Source: a virus (Duplodnaviria; Caudoviricetes). From it: DNA of 43,016 nucleotides. This document shows positions 18,621 through 27,960 of this stretch, in pieces. A program made the translations under genes and the position numbers. The stretch lies in the IMG/VR virus record IMGVR_UViG_3300017780_004042, positions 1 through 43,016 of that record. One strand, 5' to 3'. Position 1 is the first letter of the stretch. Every line of letters starts with the position of its first letter. The notes below the pieces were generated by a model. The model was given only the letters and a program-made list of their open reading frames with translations. It was not told the origin of the DNA and made no database searches.

Positions 18621-21539
18621 ATGGCGCGTCTCGTATTAGGTGTTGCAGGCGCGTATGTCGGTTCGCTGTTCGGCCAGCCCCAACTGGGGTTCATGATTGG
18701 TAGCGCAATCGGCGGAACCTTTGAGCCGAACCAAAAGCAGCAGGGTCCAAGGCTAGATGACCTAAAAGTTACGGGTAGCAGCTACGGGACAACCATCCCA
18801 TTTGTTGTTGGCGCTCCAAGGATAGCGGGGCAGATAGTTTGGGCCAGCGCAAAGCGAGAGATTGCCACCACCTCAACGCAGAGCGGAAAGGGCGGCGGCG
18901 GTGGCGTCGAAAACACAAACTACACGTATGAAGTGGACCTGCTGATACTCTTGTCAGATAACGTGATACCCGGAGTTCGCAGGGTGTGGAACAACGGCAA
19001 GCTGGTCCAGGATGCCAACAACGCGGCAAGCCTCTGGAGGCGTCTCACATCCTATTCAGGGGTTGCTGACCAACTGCCCGACCCCACTTACGAGGCATCT
19101 GTGGGGACGGCCAACGCCTGCGCCTATCGAGGGCGCGGAACTGTTTTTATTCAGGGCTTGCAACTGGGCGGCAGCGGGTCCATCCCGAACCTGACTTTTG
19201 AAATACAAGCCCCATCGACCTACGGCACCAACCAGAGCCTTCTTGTGTCGGGCTTCGTGACGCGCCGTGACACCGATCCTGGGCCGCTGGATGCCTTCGA
19301 CATTGCCTACGCCGGGACCAGCACCTACAACAACTATTTTGACGAGTTTGGAACGGATGCCTTGCTTCTGCCTAACTACGGCGGCACGGGGGTTCGGGTG
19401 GGCTACTCACTCACAGTCACCACAGGCGGACAGAAGACACTTCCAATCGACGTTGGTGCGACCTACGCACTGAGCGCCGGTAACAACTTTTACTCGGGTG
19501 ACGAAATAAACTTCACGCTAGAGTTTATGAATGACACCGGGGCCGTTCTGGCGTCCATGTCAATGCTGAAAGCGGGTACGGTATCCCCGTTCACCCATCG
19601 TTTCAGCATCGGAACCGCCGCCCCAACAACCTATCTGCACGAGAACGTAACGACAAACAATCGAATCTCCTTCACCACTACGGCGCTAGTGGTGACGAAC
19701 GCTGGCGGGTCAGGGTTTGATGGGTCAGCCGGGCGCAGCTTCTCCATACCCTGTGCTGGAAAAACAATCACGAAGGTAAGAGCAACGGTTGGCACCATGA
19801 AGTCTGCTGACTACTTCACATCGGATAATCCAAATTGCTTTGTCCGTTTGCAAAAAGTTGGGGCACTGGATTACATCCCGAGCCCAATTGACGGCCCATC
19901 CGTCGCTGCGGTGGTGTCGCAGATTTGTTCAATGGCGGGACTTTCCGCAGGTCAGTTCGACGTGTCTGCGCTCTCAACATCGACACCGGTGCGGGCACTT
20001 TCATCAAGCCAGATAAGCAACTCAAGAGCGTTGCTGGAGCTGCTGGCAAACACCTACCATTTTGAGGTGAGTGCCAGCGACAAACTGTACTTTCGTCAAC
20101 GCGGCGGGGCTGCGGTTGTGTCGGTGCCCTACGACGAACTGGGTTGCGACAACAATGACCCGATAACAATAAACGACTCTGGCGAGTTGGAACTGCCAGC
20201 GCAGTTCGCCATAAGTTATCCCAACATAGAAGCGGACTACCAAACGGCAACCGAGTATTCGGATCGCCTCTTGGCAGGACAAACCAACGTCAACGCGGTA
20301 CAGATGCCGATAGCGATGCTGTCAAGCGAGGCCAAGACATTGGCAGACGGATTGTTGTTTGACCGGGTAGTTTCCTCCCGCAGCACAACAGTTGCGCTAT
20401 CGCTCAAGTACGCCGCGCTGGAACCCGCTGACGTTCTGACCGTGACTGATTACCACGGCGCCGGTTGGAGGATGCGGGTCGTAAAGCGGGTGGACACTGG
20501 TGGCTACATCAAGCTGGACCTTGTTTCCGACAACGCCTCGGTGTTTACGCAGTCTGGCGTTACGTCTAGTGCCAGCGGACAGGTTTCTGTGGAGGCTGCG
20601 CCTTCTGTGAACCTGGCCTTGCTGGACATCCCGATGCTGCAAGACTCCGACGATTACTCGCTTGTCTATGTCGCGGCCAAGGGCATGGGCAACTACACCG
20701 CAGGGGTCTACTACAGCGCCAACGCCAGCGTGTATGACCTGAACGCGACGATCCTGAATGCCGCCATTTTTGGCACAGCCACCACGGCTCTCGGCGGCCA
20801 CACAGGCGCCCTGGTGTTTGACGAGGCAAACACTTTTCAGGTGAATGTTGGGGACGGCCAACTGTCTAGCGTTACCCGCGATGCCATGCTCGAAGATAGA
20901 AATGTCAATGTTGCGCTGGTTGGGGATGAGGTCGTTCAATTCCGCACGGCAACGCTGGTGTCCGCTGGCGTATACAACATCAGCGGCCTATTGCGGGGAC
21001 TCAGGGGCACTGATTGGGCGTGTTCGGCACACGTATCCGGTGAGCGCTTCGTACTGCTGACCACGCGCGGTTTTGCGGTATTACCACTGTCTCCCAGTGG
21101 TAGCGACATCGGAAGATTGCGCTACTACAAAGGAGCTGCGCCAACGCAAATTCTCAGTGCAGCCAATACGCGAACGATAACCCCAACTGGGGCTAACTTA
21201 AAGCCTTTTTCCCCTTGCATGTTGCGGGCCAACAGAGCCACTACTGACACTGCCCTCACTTGGGTCAGAAGGACTCGCTACACAACGCGCATGACCGGAG
21301 TGCTGGGGATATTCGCGCCCTTGGGAGAGGCCGTCGAGTTGTATGACGTTGAGGTTTACGACAGTGGCAGCTTTACGACTATCAAGCGGACATTCAGCAA
21401 CCTGACGACACCCACAGCGACCTACACAAACGCCCAGCAAGTGACCGACTTTGGAAGCGGCCAAAGCGTTCTCTATGTCAAGGTCTACCAGCGCAACGCC
21501 GTTGTTGGTCGGGGCTATGCGCTGACAGGCTCCGTTTAG
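18621..21539 (+). CDS. central tail-tip / host specificity protein (GTA-like) with inserted domain
   Basis: GPRL.DL....SSYG..IP...G..RIAG.IVWA, AYRG, GDEVVQF..A.LV..G.Y..SGLLRGLRGT, W.RRTR. Confidence 0.9.
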   Translation: MARLVLGVAGAYVGSLFGQPQLGFMIGSAIGGTFEPNQKQQGPRLDDLKVTGSSYGTTIPFVVGAPRIAGQIVWASAKREIATTSTQSGKGGGGGVENTNYTYEVDLLILLSDNVIPGVRRVWNNGKLVQDANNAASLWRRLTSYSGVADQLPDPTYEASVGTANACAYRGRGTVFIQGLQLGGSGSIPNLTFEIQAPSTYGTNQSLLVSGFVTRRDTDPGPLDAFDIAYAGTSTYNNYFDEFGTDALLLPNYGGTGVRVGYSLTVTTGGQKTLPIDVGATYALSAGNNFYSGDEINFTLEFMNDTGAVLASMSMLKAGTVSPFTHRFSIGTAAPTTYLHENVTTNNRISFTTTALVVTNAGGSGFDGSAGRSFSIPCAGKTITKVRATVGTMKSADYFTSDNPNCFVRLQKVGALDYIPSPIDGPSVAAVVSQICSMAGLSAGQFDVSALSTSTPVRALSSSQISNSRALLELLANTYHFEVSASDKLYFRQRGGAAVVSVPYDELGCDNNDPITINDSGELELPAQFAISYPNIEADYQTATEYSDRLLAGQTNVNAVQMPIAMLSSEAKTLADGLLFDRVVSSRSTTVALSLKYAALEPADVLTVTDYHGAGWRMRVVKRVDTGGYIKLDLVSDNASVFTQSGVTSSASGQVSVEAAPSVNLALLDIPMLQDSDDYSLVYVAAKGMGNYTAGVYYSANASVYDLNATILNAAIFGTATTALGGHTGALVFDEANTFQVNVGDGQLSSVTRDAMLEDRNVNVALVGDEVVQFRTATLVSAGVYNISGLLRGLRGTDWACSAHVSGERFVLLTTRGFAVLPLSPSGSDIGRLRYYKGAAPTQILSAANTRTITPTGANLKPFSPCMLRANRATTDTALTWVRRTRYTTRMTGVLGIFAPLGEAVELYDVEVYDSGSFTTIKRTFSNLTTPTATYTNAQQVTDFGSGQSVLYVKVYQRNAVVGRGYALTGSV

Positions 21540-21555
21540 AAACGAAGGATAAATT

Positions 21556-22587
21556 ATGCAAACTATCTCCAGCAGTCAGGCATCCCCGGAAGTTCCAATT
21601 AACGAGAACTTTGCCACCGTTACACCCGCGAAACTGTATGGCCTGCGCCAGCCTGCCACCTCGGGGCTGACTTGGGGCTTTTATGGTGGCCGGTTCAACG
21701 GGGTCGCGGTTTCTGACGGTACGGTGGCGCTGACAGCCAGCACAACGAACTACGTTGTTGCCCACCGGACCACGGGCGCTGTCACTTCGGCAACTACCAC
21801 AACCAACTGGCTCAACACCACAACCTACTTACAGCTTTATTCTGCTGTCACTGGGGCAACAACGGTTACGAGCTACATCGACTTCCGACAAGCGTTTGGT
21901 GAGGCAGTCGGGTCGGCATCTGCACCAGATCAGGTGGTCAATGCCCAAACAGGGACCACCTACAACTACGTCACAGGGGACAAAGGGAAGCTAGTCACGC
22001 ACGCGAACGCCGCCCCCATCGCGGGGGCATTGCCAATCGCTTCAACAACCGGCGCTAGTTGGTGGGTTGATGTGCAGAATCGCGGTGCGGGAACTTTGAC
22101 GATAACCCCAACAACCAGCAACATCGACGGCTCGGGTTCGCTTGCAATCGCGGCTGGGCAGGGCGTCCGCATCGTTAGCGATGGCACCAACTACTTCACC
22201 CAACGCGGCATGGCGGCTGCGGGGGCTGGTGCCACGCTTGGCGCGGTCAACGTATTCACAAAGAACCAGAGTGTGTCGCCGTCTACCCTGACGAGCGGGG
22301 CATCCATAGCGCTCGACGCAAGCCTGTCCAATAACTTCAAGATCACGCTTGCCACCAACGCTACGCTGGCAAACGCGAGCAACCCGACAGACGGCATGGT
22401 TCTGAACATTCGCATAAAGCAGGACGCGACTGGCTCCCGTACTCTGGCTTATGGCACCGCGTACAAGTGGCCCGGTGGTGCGGCTGGGGTTCTCTCTACT
22501 TCGGCCAATGCGGTTGACCTTCTCAGTATGTACTACGACTCAGCAGACGCGGCCTGGGCCTGTGTGCTGCAAAAAGGATTTGCTTAA
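21556..22587 (+). CDS. tail fibre protein
   Basis: SGLTWGFYGG anchor; C-terminal IKQDATGSRTLAY...YKWP.G....LST.ANAVD.L module. Confidence 0.75.
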   Translation: MQTISSSQASPEVPINENFATVTPAKLYGLRQPATSGLTWGFYGGRFNGVAVSDGTVALTASTTNYVVAHRTTGAVTSATTTTNWLNTTTYLQLYSAVTGATTVTSYIDFRQAFGEAVGSASAPDQVVNAQTGTTYNYVTGDKGKLVTHANAAPIAGALPIASTTGASWWVDVQNRGAGTLTITPTTSNIDGSGSLAIAAGQGVRIVSDGTNYFTQRGMAAAGAGATLGAVNVFTKNQSVSPSTLTSGASIALDASLSNNFKITLATNATLANASNPTDGMVLNIRIKQDATGSRTLAYGTAYKWPGGAAGVLSTSANAVDLLSMYYDSADAAWACVLQKGFA

Positions 22588-23273
22588 TGTTCGCGCTCGG
22601 CCCAGCGTTCTTTGCGAATTCCTACGTGCCTCCACCGGCCACGAGCCGCTACGCACTGGTCATCGGCATGGCGACCACCGAGGCATCCCCAATTCATGAG
22701 GTATACAACAGCGCGGGGAGCGTGGGCGATCCGATAGCGGTGTCAGACGGCACGACTATGACACGCGCCGACCTCTTCACCCACGCGCCAGCGGGCTATG
22801 CGAACAACTTTCGCAGGGGAGCGCCTACTCTTAGCTCGTTGACGGTGGGGCCGGGGGCGTTCATCCCGTTCAACACCTCCTGGGTTATGCACATCACCGG
22901 GAGCAGCTTGGTGTACAACGGCGGGCTTGGTGAGGTGATTATTCGTTTCTACAACGCGGGCGGCACTGAACAATTCCGCATCGAGTCCGTTCACTCCAGC
23001 GGCTTTTCCTACGCCATCCGGTTTTACAACTCGTCTAACACGTTGGTTGCGACGATGCCAATCGCAGGCTCTAACCCACAAGTCTACGGCCAGATAACTT
23101 TCACATCTGGTTCGGTCATCTACACCAACAAGAACGGTACGAATCATGTTGATTCGGGATCGTACTCAACCGACACGACAACTTGGACGCAGATCAAGGT
23201 CACATCCATAACCGCAGCAGTGCGCCCGGTAACAACTGACACGGCCTATGGCACGCTGATTCGTATCGCATGA
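22587..23273 (+). CDS. putative receptor-binding / lectin-like tail protein
   Basis: Coupled to fibre gene; beta-rich; resembles the insertion in the central tail protein. Confidence 0.55.
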   Translation: MFALGPAFFANSYVPPPATSRYALVIGMATTEASPIHEVYNSAGSVGDPIAVSDGTTMTRADLFTHAPAGYANNFRRGAPTLSSLTVGPGAFIPFNTSWVMHITGSSLVYNGGLGEVIIRFYNAGGTEQFRIESVHSSGFSYAIRFYNSSNTLVATMPIAGSNPQVYGQITFTSGSVIYTNKNGTNHVDSGSYSTDTTTWTQIKVTSITAAVRPVTTDTAYGTLIRIA

Positions 23274-23491
23274 AATTCATCATCAAACAGACGCTGATCG
23301 CCTTTGATCAGTTCTTCAACGCCTTGCTAGGCGGATGGGCAGACGAGACTCTGAGCAGTCGCGCTTGGAGAAAGTACCCGCGTCTTGCCCGAGTGATCGA
23401 CACCATCTTCTGGTTCGACCCAAACCACTGCTTCGAGAGCTACATCAGCGAGACGAAGCGCATGCAGATTGCACCGGAAATGAGATCATGA
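23270..23491 (+). CDS. small conserved phage membrane-associated protein
   Basis: LIAFDQ..NALLGG..DETLSSR.W and ID.IF..D.NHC, a motif common at tail/lysis boundaries. Confidence 0.7.
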   Translation: MKFIIKQTLIAFDQFFNALLGGWADETLSSRAWRKYPRLARVIDTIFWFDPNHCFESYISETKRMQIAPEMRS

Positions 23492-23937
23492 CTGACGAAG
23501 TAATCTCAGCGTTCAAACGCAGTTTCTTTGACACTCAGATGGTGAGCACCAGACTGGTCTTGGCCCTCTCCGAGTTCACATGGGCCGTACTGCTGCTCTG
23601 GCCGGGGGACACCTTCGGCAGACCCACATACACAGGCATGGCCGCTATCATGACCGAGAGCCACTGGGGCGCGGTGTTCCTCGCCACAGCGGTCATGCAG
23701 CTTGCCATCATCACGAGGGGTAATTTTCACTCTCGCGAGGCGAGGTACTTCGCCGCGTTCAATGCAGCCCTGTGGCTGTTCGTAGTCGGCTCCATGCTGG
23801 CTTCGGTCTATCCGCCACCAGCCGCAATCTCTGCTGAGATCGTCCTCTCTATCGCCGCCTTTTGGATATGGTTCCGCCCCTTCCTCGAACGCAACATCAT
23901 CTTGAAAGCCCGTGCCAATGTCCGACACCCGCTGTGA
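23488..23937 (+). CDS. multi-pass membrane protein
   Basis: About four hydrophobic segments; ATGA overlap at 23488. Confidence 0.65.
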   Translation: MTDEVISAFKRSFFDTQMVSTRLVLALSEFTWAVLLLWPGDTFGRPTYTGMAAIMTESHWGAVFLATAVMQLAIITRGNFHSREARYFAAFNAALWLFVVGSMLASVYPPPAAISAEIVLSIAAFWIWFRPFLERNIILKARANVRHPL

Positions 23938-24220
23938 CGCCTGCGCCGCCAACGAGGCACTAATCATCGCTTTGGACCAGCGCGTTCAAGTAATGGAGCA
24001 CTCGTGCATCCGCATGAAAGAAGCCTTCGTGAAGAACGACCTTGGCCTGCCCGACTATGACGGGCACCGCACTGACCACAAGCACCGCAAAGAAGAGGCG
24101 CAGGTTGTCGAGGGTTACAAGCGGGATGTGACAAAGAACATCCTGCTAGGACTCGCGCTGTTCGTTGCGGGACTGCTTTCGTCGGGGCTCAAAGAGTGGC
24201 TGAGTACGCACATCAAGTAA
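23918..24220 (+). CDS. coiled-coil protein with C-terminal transmembrane helix (lysis region)
   Basis: C-terminal ILLGLALFVAGLL; directly before endolysin. Confidence 0.55.
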   Translation: MSDTRCDACAANEALIIALDQRVQVMEHSCIRMKEAFVKNDLGLPDYDGHRTDHKHRKEEAQVVEGYKRDVTKNILLGLALFVAGLLSSGLKEWLSTHIK

Positions 24221-24229
24221 AGGTAAAGC

Positions 24230-24661
24230 ATGACTCTCACGCAACAACGCGAAGCATCCATCGGCCCGACGACTCTCTCCAAGCTGACGATGGGTGGTCG
24301 GGCTCTTTGCGACATCCTTGAAGACACGGTACGCGAAGAAGCTGGGAAGCACGTTTCCGAGTGGAAGAAGGCTGGCATCACGGCTATCCCAGTGGGCACG
24401 TACAAAGTGATCGCGGAGTACAGCAACCGCTTCGGACCCGACACGCTGACGCTGGTTGGTGTCCCCGGATACAAGTACATCAGAGTGCATGGTGGCAACC
24501 TCGCTACCCACACGGAAGGCTGCTTGCTGCCCGGCTGGCGCTCTAACGACCAAATGGTTCTACGCTCTCAGGCCGCACTGGCTATGCTCAAGGCCCACAT
24601 CCTGCCACTGCTCCGCGTCAGGCAAGCGGTGTACTGGGAAATCCTCCCGCCAAAACAATGA
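24230..24661 (+). CDS. putative endolysin, DUF5675 / L,D-transpeptidase-like
   Basis: ILED, TAIPVGTY, VPGY..IRVHGGN...HTEGCLLPG; in lysis cassette and no other lysin is evident. Confidence 0.75.
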   Translation: MTLTQQREASIGPTTLSKLTMGGRALCDILEDTVREEAGKHVSEWKKAGITAIPVGTYKVIAEYSNRFGPDTLTLVGVPGYKYIRVHGGNLATHTEGCLLPGWRSNDQMVLRSQAALAMLKAHILPLLRVRQAVYWEILPPKQ

Positions 24662-25245
24662 TCCATAAGCCACTACCCTACAAGGTCCGCTTCGCCATTG
24701 GCCTAATCGTCATGGGCCTTGGGTCAGCCGCAGGCGTAACCGTTGCTCGTGCCGGATCGTGTGAAGTCGTCCCCGGCCCGGTGCGGTGGGAGACTGGCGC
24801 TCTCGGCAAGCACCTCTATGTACCCTGCGTGGGTGGCACCAACATCGGCTTGAGCTGCACCCATGCGGTGTGCGACCCGGCCAAGTTCGGCGGGGTGATC
24901 GCAAGCATCTACGTTGCTGCGGATCGGGAGGCGGCATACGCTGCGGCGGCTAAGACATACCTGCCGTGGACCTGTGACGCTCCACCAGACGCGGCAGCCT
25001 TGGCCTTGTGCAAAGAACGCACTGACATCCTCAAGCCCCCGGTGTGGCGCGTGAAGGTCAGCGGCACGTACACCACCCGGCCAAGCACCGTACTCTCGAC
25101 GGGCCTATCTGGCCCACGCGCCTCGGTTGGCGCTCTCTGCCTGCCCGACGCGCCACGAGGCCAGCCCAGCGGCCCAGACATCCGCGCCCAATGGGTAGGC
25201 GGTCCAACTGGCGTAGTCACCATCTGCGCGAAAGGCGTCCAATGA
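24658..25245 (+). CDS. exported cysteine-rich protein of unknown function
   Basis: N-terminal hydrophobic segment with ARA site, then 8 Cys; ATGA overlaps at both ends. Confidence 0.6.
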   Translation: MIHKPLPYKVRFAIGLIVMGLGSAAGVTVARAGSCEVVPGPVRWETGALGKHLYVPCVGGTNIGLSCTHAVCDPAKFGGVIASIYVAADREAAYAAAAKTYLPWTCDAPPDAAALALCKERTDILKPPVWRVKVSGTYTTRPSTVLSTGLSGPRASVGALCLPDAPRGQPSGPDIRAQWVGGPTGVVTICAKGVQ

Positions 25246-25520
25246 ACCCGTTTACGTTTGTCCGCGACCTCACGATAGGTCTTATCACAAGCAAAGATGG
25301 CAGCTACTCGCTGACCAAACTGGCGGCTACCACCTTCCACTGCCTGCTCGCCCTCGCCGTGGTGGCGCACACATACGTCAACGACTTCACCTTCGACATG
25401 GAGGTGTGGCTGGTGTATGGCGGCTTCGCGGTTGGACATGCCGGGTACGACAAGACGATGGCCGTGGTCAACAGCTTCAAGACCAAACAGATGGAGAAGA
25501 CCAATGCTGACCCTGCTTAA
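25242..25520 (+). CDS. putative holin (two TM segments)
   Basis: LIT..DG..SLTK motif, two hydrophobic helices, charged C-terminus. Confidence 0.6.
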   Translation: MNPFTFVRDLTIGLITSKDGSYSLTKLAATTFHCLLALAVVAHTYVNDFTFDMEVWLVYGGFAVGHAGYDKTMAVVNSFKTKQMEKTNADPA

Positions 25521-25860
25521 CCCATCCATGTGGCTTATCGGCTTGGCTCTCCTGGCTGGCACCTTCGCGGGTGGCGTGAGCATAGGAAAGAAGTGGGAAG
25601 AAGGCCGCAACGCCATCGAGCGCAACTACGTGGCCGAAGCCGTGGACGCGGCCAATACGGCGGCAGCGCAAGCCATTGCCCAGATCAAAGTGACCAACAA
25701 AACTATTCAATCGGAGGTGCGCCGTGAAGTTGAAACCAATACTGTGTACGTTGATTGCAAGCTACCTGCTAACGGGTTGCAGCTTGCTAACCAAGCGCTC
25801 AACGGAGCCAAGCCTGCTGATAGTGGCAAGTTGCCCCAAGCTGACCCCGCTGGCAAGTGA
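25504..25860 (+). CDS. Rz: i-spanin
   Basis: N-terminal TM, helical periplasmic part, Y.DC.LP motif; overlaps a lipoprotein gene. Confidence 0.8.
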   Translation: MLTLLNPSMWLIGLALLAGTFAGGVSIGKKWEEGRNAIERNYVAEAVDAANTAAAQAIAQIKVTNKTIQSEVRREVETNTVYVDCKLPANGLQLANQALNGAKPADSGKLPQADPAGK

Positions 25861-25942
25861 CTCAATGGGGTCTGTGCTGGACAAATTGGTGGAGGTCAGC
25901 GGCCAATACTACGAGTGTCGGGCGGCGGCTGGGGTGAAGTGA
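25724..25942 (+). CDS. Rz1: o-spanin lipoprotein
   Basis: Signal with lipobox LLTGC, CP.L.P and YYEC; out-of-frame overlap with the Rz 3' half. Confidence 0.82.
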   Translation: MKLKPILCTLIASYLLTGCSLLTKRSTEPSLLIVASCPKLTPLASDSMGSVLDKLVEVSGQYYECRAAAGVK

Positions 25943-25972
25943 TTGCGTGAAAATCGGTAAATTGCGTGAAAA
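25942..25972 (+). repeat. 12-bp direct repeat, candidate integrase arm-type sites
   Basis: ATTGCGTGAAAA at 25942 and 25961; related ATTGCGGAAA inverted at 26120-26129. Confidence 0.55.
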
Positions 25973-26023
25973 CAAAAACCAATTTGCTACATCTTTGATA
26001 GCGTCACATCTATGTGTTACGCT

Positions 26024-26076
26024 TGGTGCCCAGAAGAGGACTCGAACCTCCACGAAGTTACTCGCTAGTACCTGAA
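26024..26076 (-). other. attP: attP core: 3' part of tRNA-Leu(CAG)
   Basis: Minus strand TTCAGGTACTAGCGAGTAACTTCGTGGAGGTTCGAGTCCTCTTCTGGGCACCA contains anticodon loop, long variable arm, T-arm, acceptor strand and CCA; 5' half absent; beside integrase. Confidence 0.93.
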
Positions 26077-26136
26077 TCCTGCGAGGAATGGCGTAAATAG
26101 GGCGTTTTGGCTATTTTCCTTTCCGCAATTATTGGA

Positions 26137-27183
26137 TCACTTACCCGCGCCAGTCTTGCGTTTCGAGGGAATTGCGGTAATCATTCGGCCCCTTCCGCCA
26201 GTGTAGTGCTCGGTCATTGTCACGCTCTCATGGCCCAGCAAAGCCTGTGCCGCTTCAAGCCCCACTTGGTCACGTAGATCGCTGCCGCCTTTGCGCCTCA
26301 AGTCCCTGAATTGGAATGCTGCGCCATCCACGCCAGCGGCATCCCGCGCAGCCTCAAACCGGCTCCGAAGTTTCGCCTTGGTCATGGGCTTGCCTGACTC
26401 GTCAACCAGTAGCTGCATGCAGTGGACCGCGAACTTGCTCTTGCGCTCTGCGATACGCTTCATCAGCGCTTCGAGGTCGGACGCCGTGGCGGTGATTCGC
26501 ATGCCCTTGCCAGTCTTGCCTTGAGTGAACTCAAAGAACGCATTGCGAATGTCGGACTCTGACATTGCCAGCACATCTGCCGGGCGTTGTCCGAGGTAGT
26601 AGGCCAAGTCCATTGCATCGCGCAGTGCAGGGCTTGCTTTCTGGTAGACGGACTCCAGCAGATCATCGGTGATGTAGACATGCTTGCGCCCCGGCAATCG
26701 TTTTGTTTTGATGGACGCAACGGGATTGCTGGTGCAAAAGTCACGCGCAATCGACCATGTGTAGATCATGGACAGAACCGCCTTCTCGCGCAGTGCCCGG
26801 TGTCGGCTCTCCTTGCTTCGGTGGTCGAGATACAGGGTCACGTGGCTTGGGCGCACCTCGTCCAGCGGTGCATCGCCAAACTTGGCCAACAGCTTGTCGA
26901 GTGCGTAGCCGTAGTCCTCCTGAGTGCCAAGGCTCACCTCGTCAAATTGAGGGCTCGCACGGTACTTGCAGATGGCCCATGCCACCGTTAGCTTTTCCGT
27001 GGCCTTCGATTCGTGCTTCTCTGCCCACTTCTGGACAGCCAGCAAGTAGTCGGTGCCTAGGCTTTCTTCCACTCGCTTGCCACCGACTACCCCACGGTCA
27101 TAGGTGTAGTAGGTCACTCCATTGCGCACCCTGGCACGCATGCGGCTGGGTAGGTTTAGATTGCGACTTGGTTTCCGGCCCAT
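26137..27183 (-). CDS. int: tyrosine integrase
   Basis: GQRPADV (R), QGKTG (K), FRDLRRK, LLGH....TEHY (H,Y); ends next to attP. Confidence 0.95.
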   Translation of the reverse strand: MGRKPSRNLNLPSRMRARVRNGVTYYTYDRGVVGGKRVEESLGTDYLLAVQKWAEKHESKATEKLTVAWAICKYRASPQFDEVSLGTQEDYGYALDKLLAKFGDAPLDEVRPSHVTLYLDHRSKESRHRALREKAVLSMIYTWSIARDFCTSNPVASIKTKRLPGRKHVYITDDLLESVYQKASPALRDAMDLAYYLGQRPADVLAMSESDIRNAFFEFTQGKTGKGMRITATASDLEALMKRIAERKSKFAVHCMQLLVDESGKPMTKAKLRSRFEAARDAAGVDGAAFQFRDLRRKGGSDLRDQVGLEAAQALLGHESVTMTEHYTGGRGRMITAIPSKRKTGAGK

Positions 27184-27377
27184 GATGGACTCCATGACTT
27201 GGCGGTTTTTTCCACCACTTTACGCCCTTCCAGAACTGCACGAGCCACGCGAGGATGTCCGGCGCGATTTGTGTGGAATGGAATACGCTGGGCCTTGAGG
27301 TGCGTTACCTGCTTGCTGAATTGCCTGAAGCCAGTCAAGTCGCGAAGCTCAGACTCTGACAAAAATAGCTCGCTCAT
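27156..27377 (-). CDS. xis: excisionase-like protein (DUF4224-type)
   Basis: FLS..EL..LTG....KQ...L....IPF.....G.P.V; SD GGAGG; immediately upstream of int. Confidence 0.8.
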   Translation of the reverse strand: MSELFLSESELRDLTGFRQFSKQVTHLKAQRIPFHTNRAGHPRVARAVLEGRKVVEKTAKSWSPSWAGNQVAI

Positions 27378-27688
27378 TTCGCCTCCAATCCTGCCGTCTT
27401 GAGTAGCGCCTCTATGGAGGCTATGTTTTCTGCGCTCACCTTGAGGAGATCTAGCTTTTCTTGGGCTCGCTTTATCCGCGCATTGAGAATGTCTTTCTCG
27501 GTTGCTGGCCAAGCGCGGGATGTACTGAATCCAGATGAGCCAATAGGTCTTCCATCCCTATTGAATCGACGCACTCCACAGATAACTTGTGTTTTTGTTA
27601 TCCGATCCACTTTGATTAGCAAGACAAGGCCGTACCCCACCCTACATGCAAGGGTGTCACCAACTTTTACATTTGATAGCTCGCTCAT
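27374..27688 (-). CDS. hypothetical protein (SH3-like beta-barrel character)
   Basis: VKVGD...V.RITKTQ......RF..DG; SD GGAGG; flanked by 22-bp direct repeats. Confidence 0.65.
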   Translation of the reverse strand: MSELSNVKVGDTLACRVGYGLVLLIKVDRITKTQVICGVRRFNRDGRPIGSSGFSTSRAWPATEKDILNARIKRAQEKLDLLKVSAENIASIEALLKTAGLEAK

Positions 27689-27960
27689 TTCGCCTCCGGT
27701 GCTGCTGGAAGATGGTTCGCCAGCTCCTTCGCTTTTACACCTGCAATCGTACCCATTGCTTCCTGCACAAACATACGAGCAGCGGCTTTGGCTACGTCTA
27801 CGATACCGTCTGCACACACAAGGAACATCTGCTCGCAGTGGTGCTGATTCAGGTTCAGTGCAACACTTCCGGCATCCCCGGTGAACTGAGCAACGCCCGT
27901 GTACTTGCCTTCGTTTTCACCATATACGTTTAGTTTGATTTCTAGGCGTGTAAGTCTCAT
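27685..27960 (-). CDS. hypothetical protein
   Basis: SD AGGAG; ATGA overlaps at both ends. Confidence 0.65.
   Translation of the reverse strand: MRLTRLEIKLNVYGENEGKYTGVAQFTGDAGSVALNLNQHHCEQMFLVCADGIVDVAKAAARMFVQEAMGTIAGVKAKELANHLPAAPEAK

Noticed and set aside
26024-26076. Functional tRNA-Leu gene
   Set aside because: Only the 3' part from the anticodon loop onward is present; no D-arm or 5' acceptor strand. Interpreted as attP.
26290-26315. Inactive integrase because HxxR reads RDLR
   Set aside because: FRDLR occurs in this integrase subfamily and the other catalytic residues and attP are intact.
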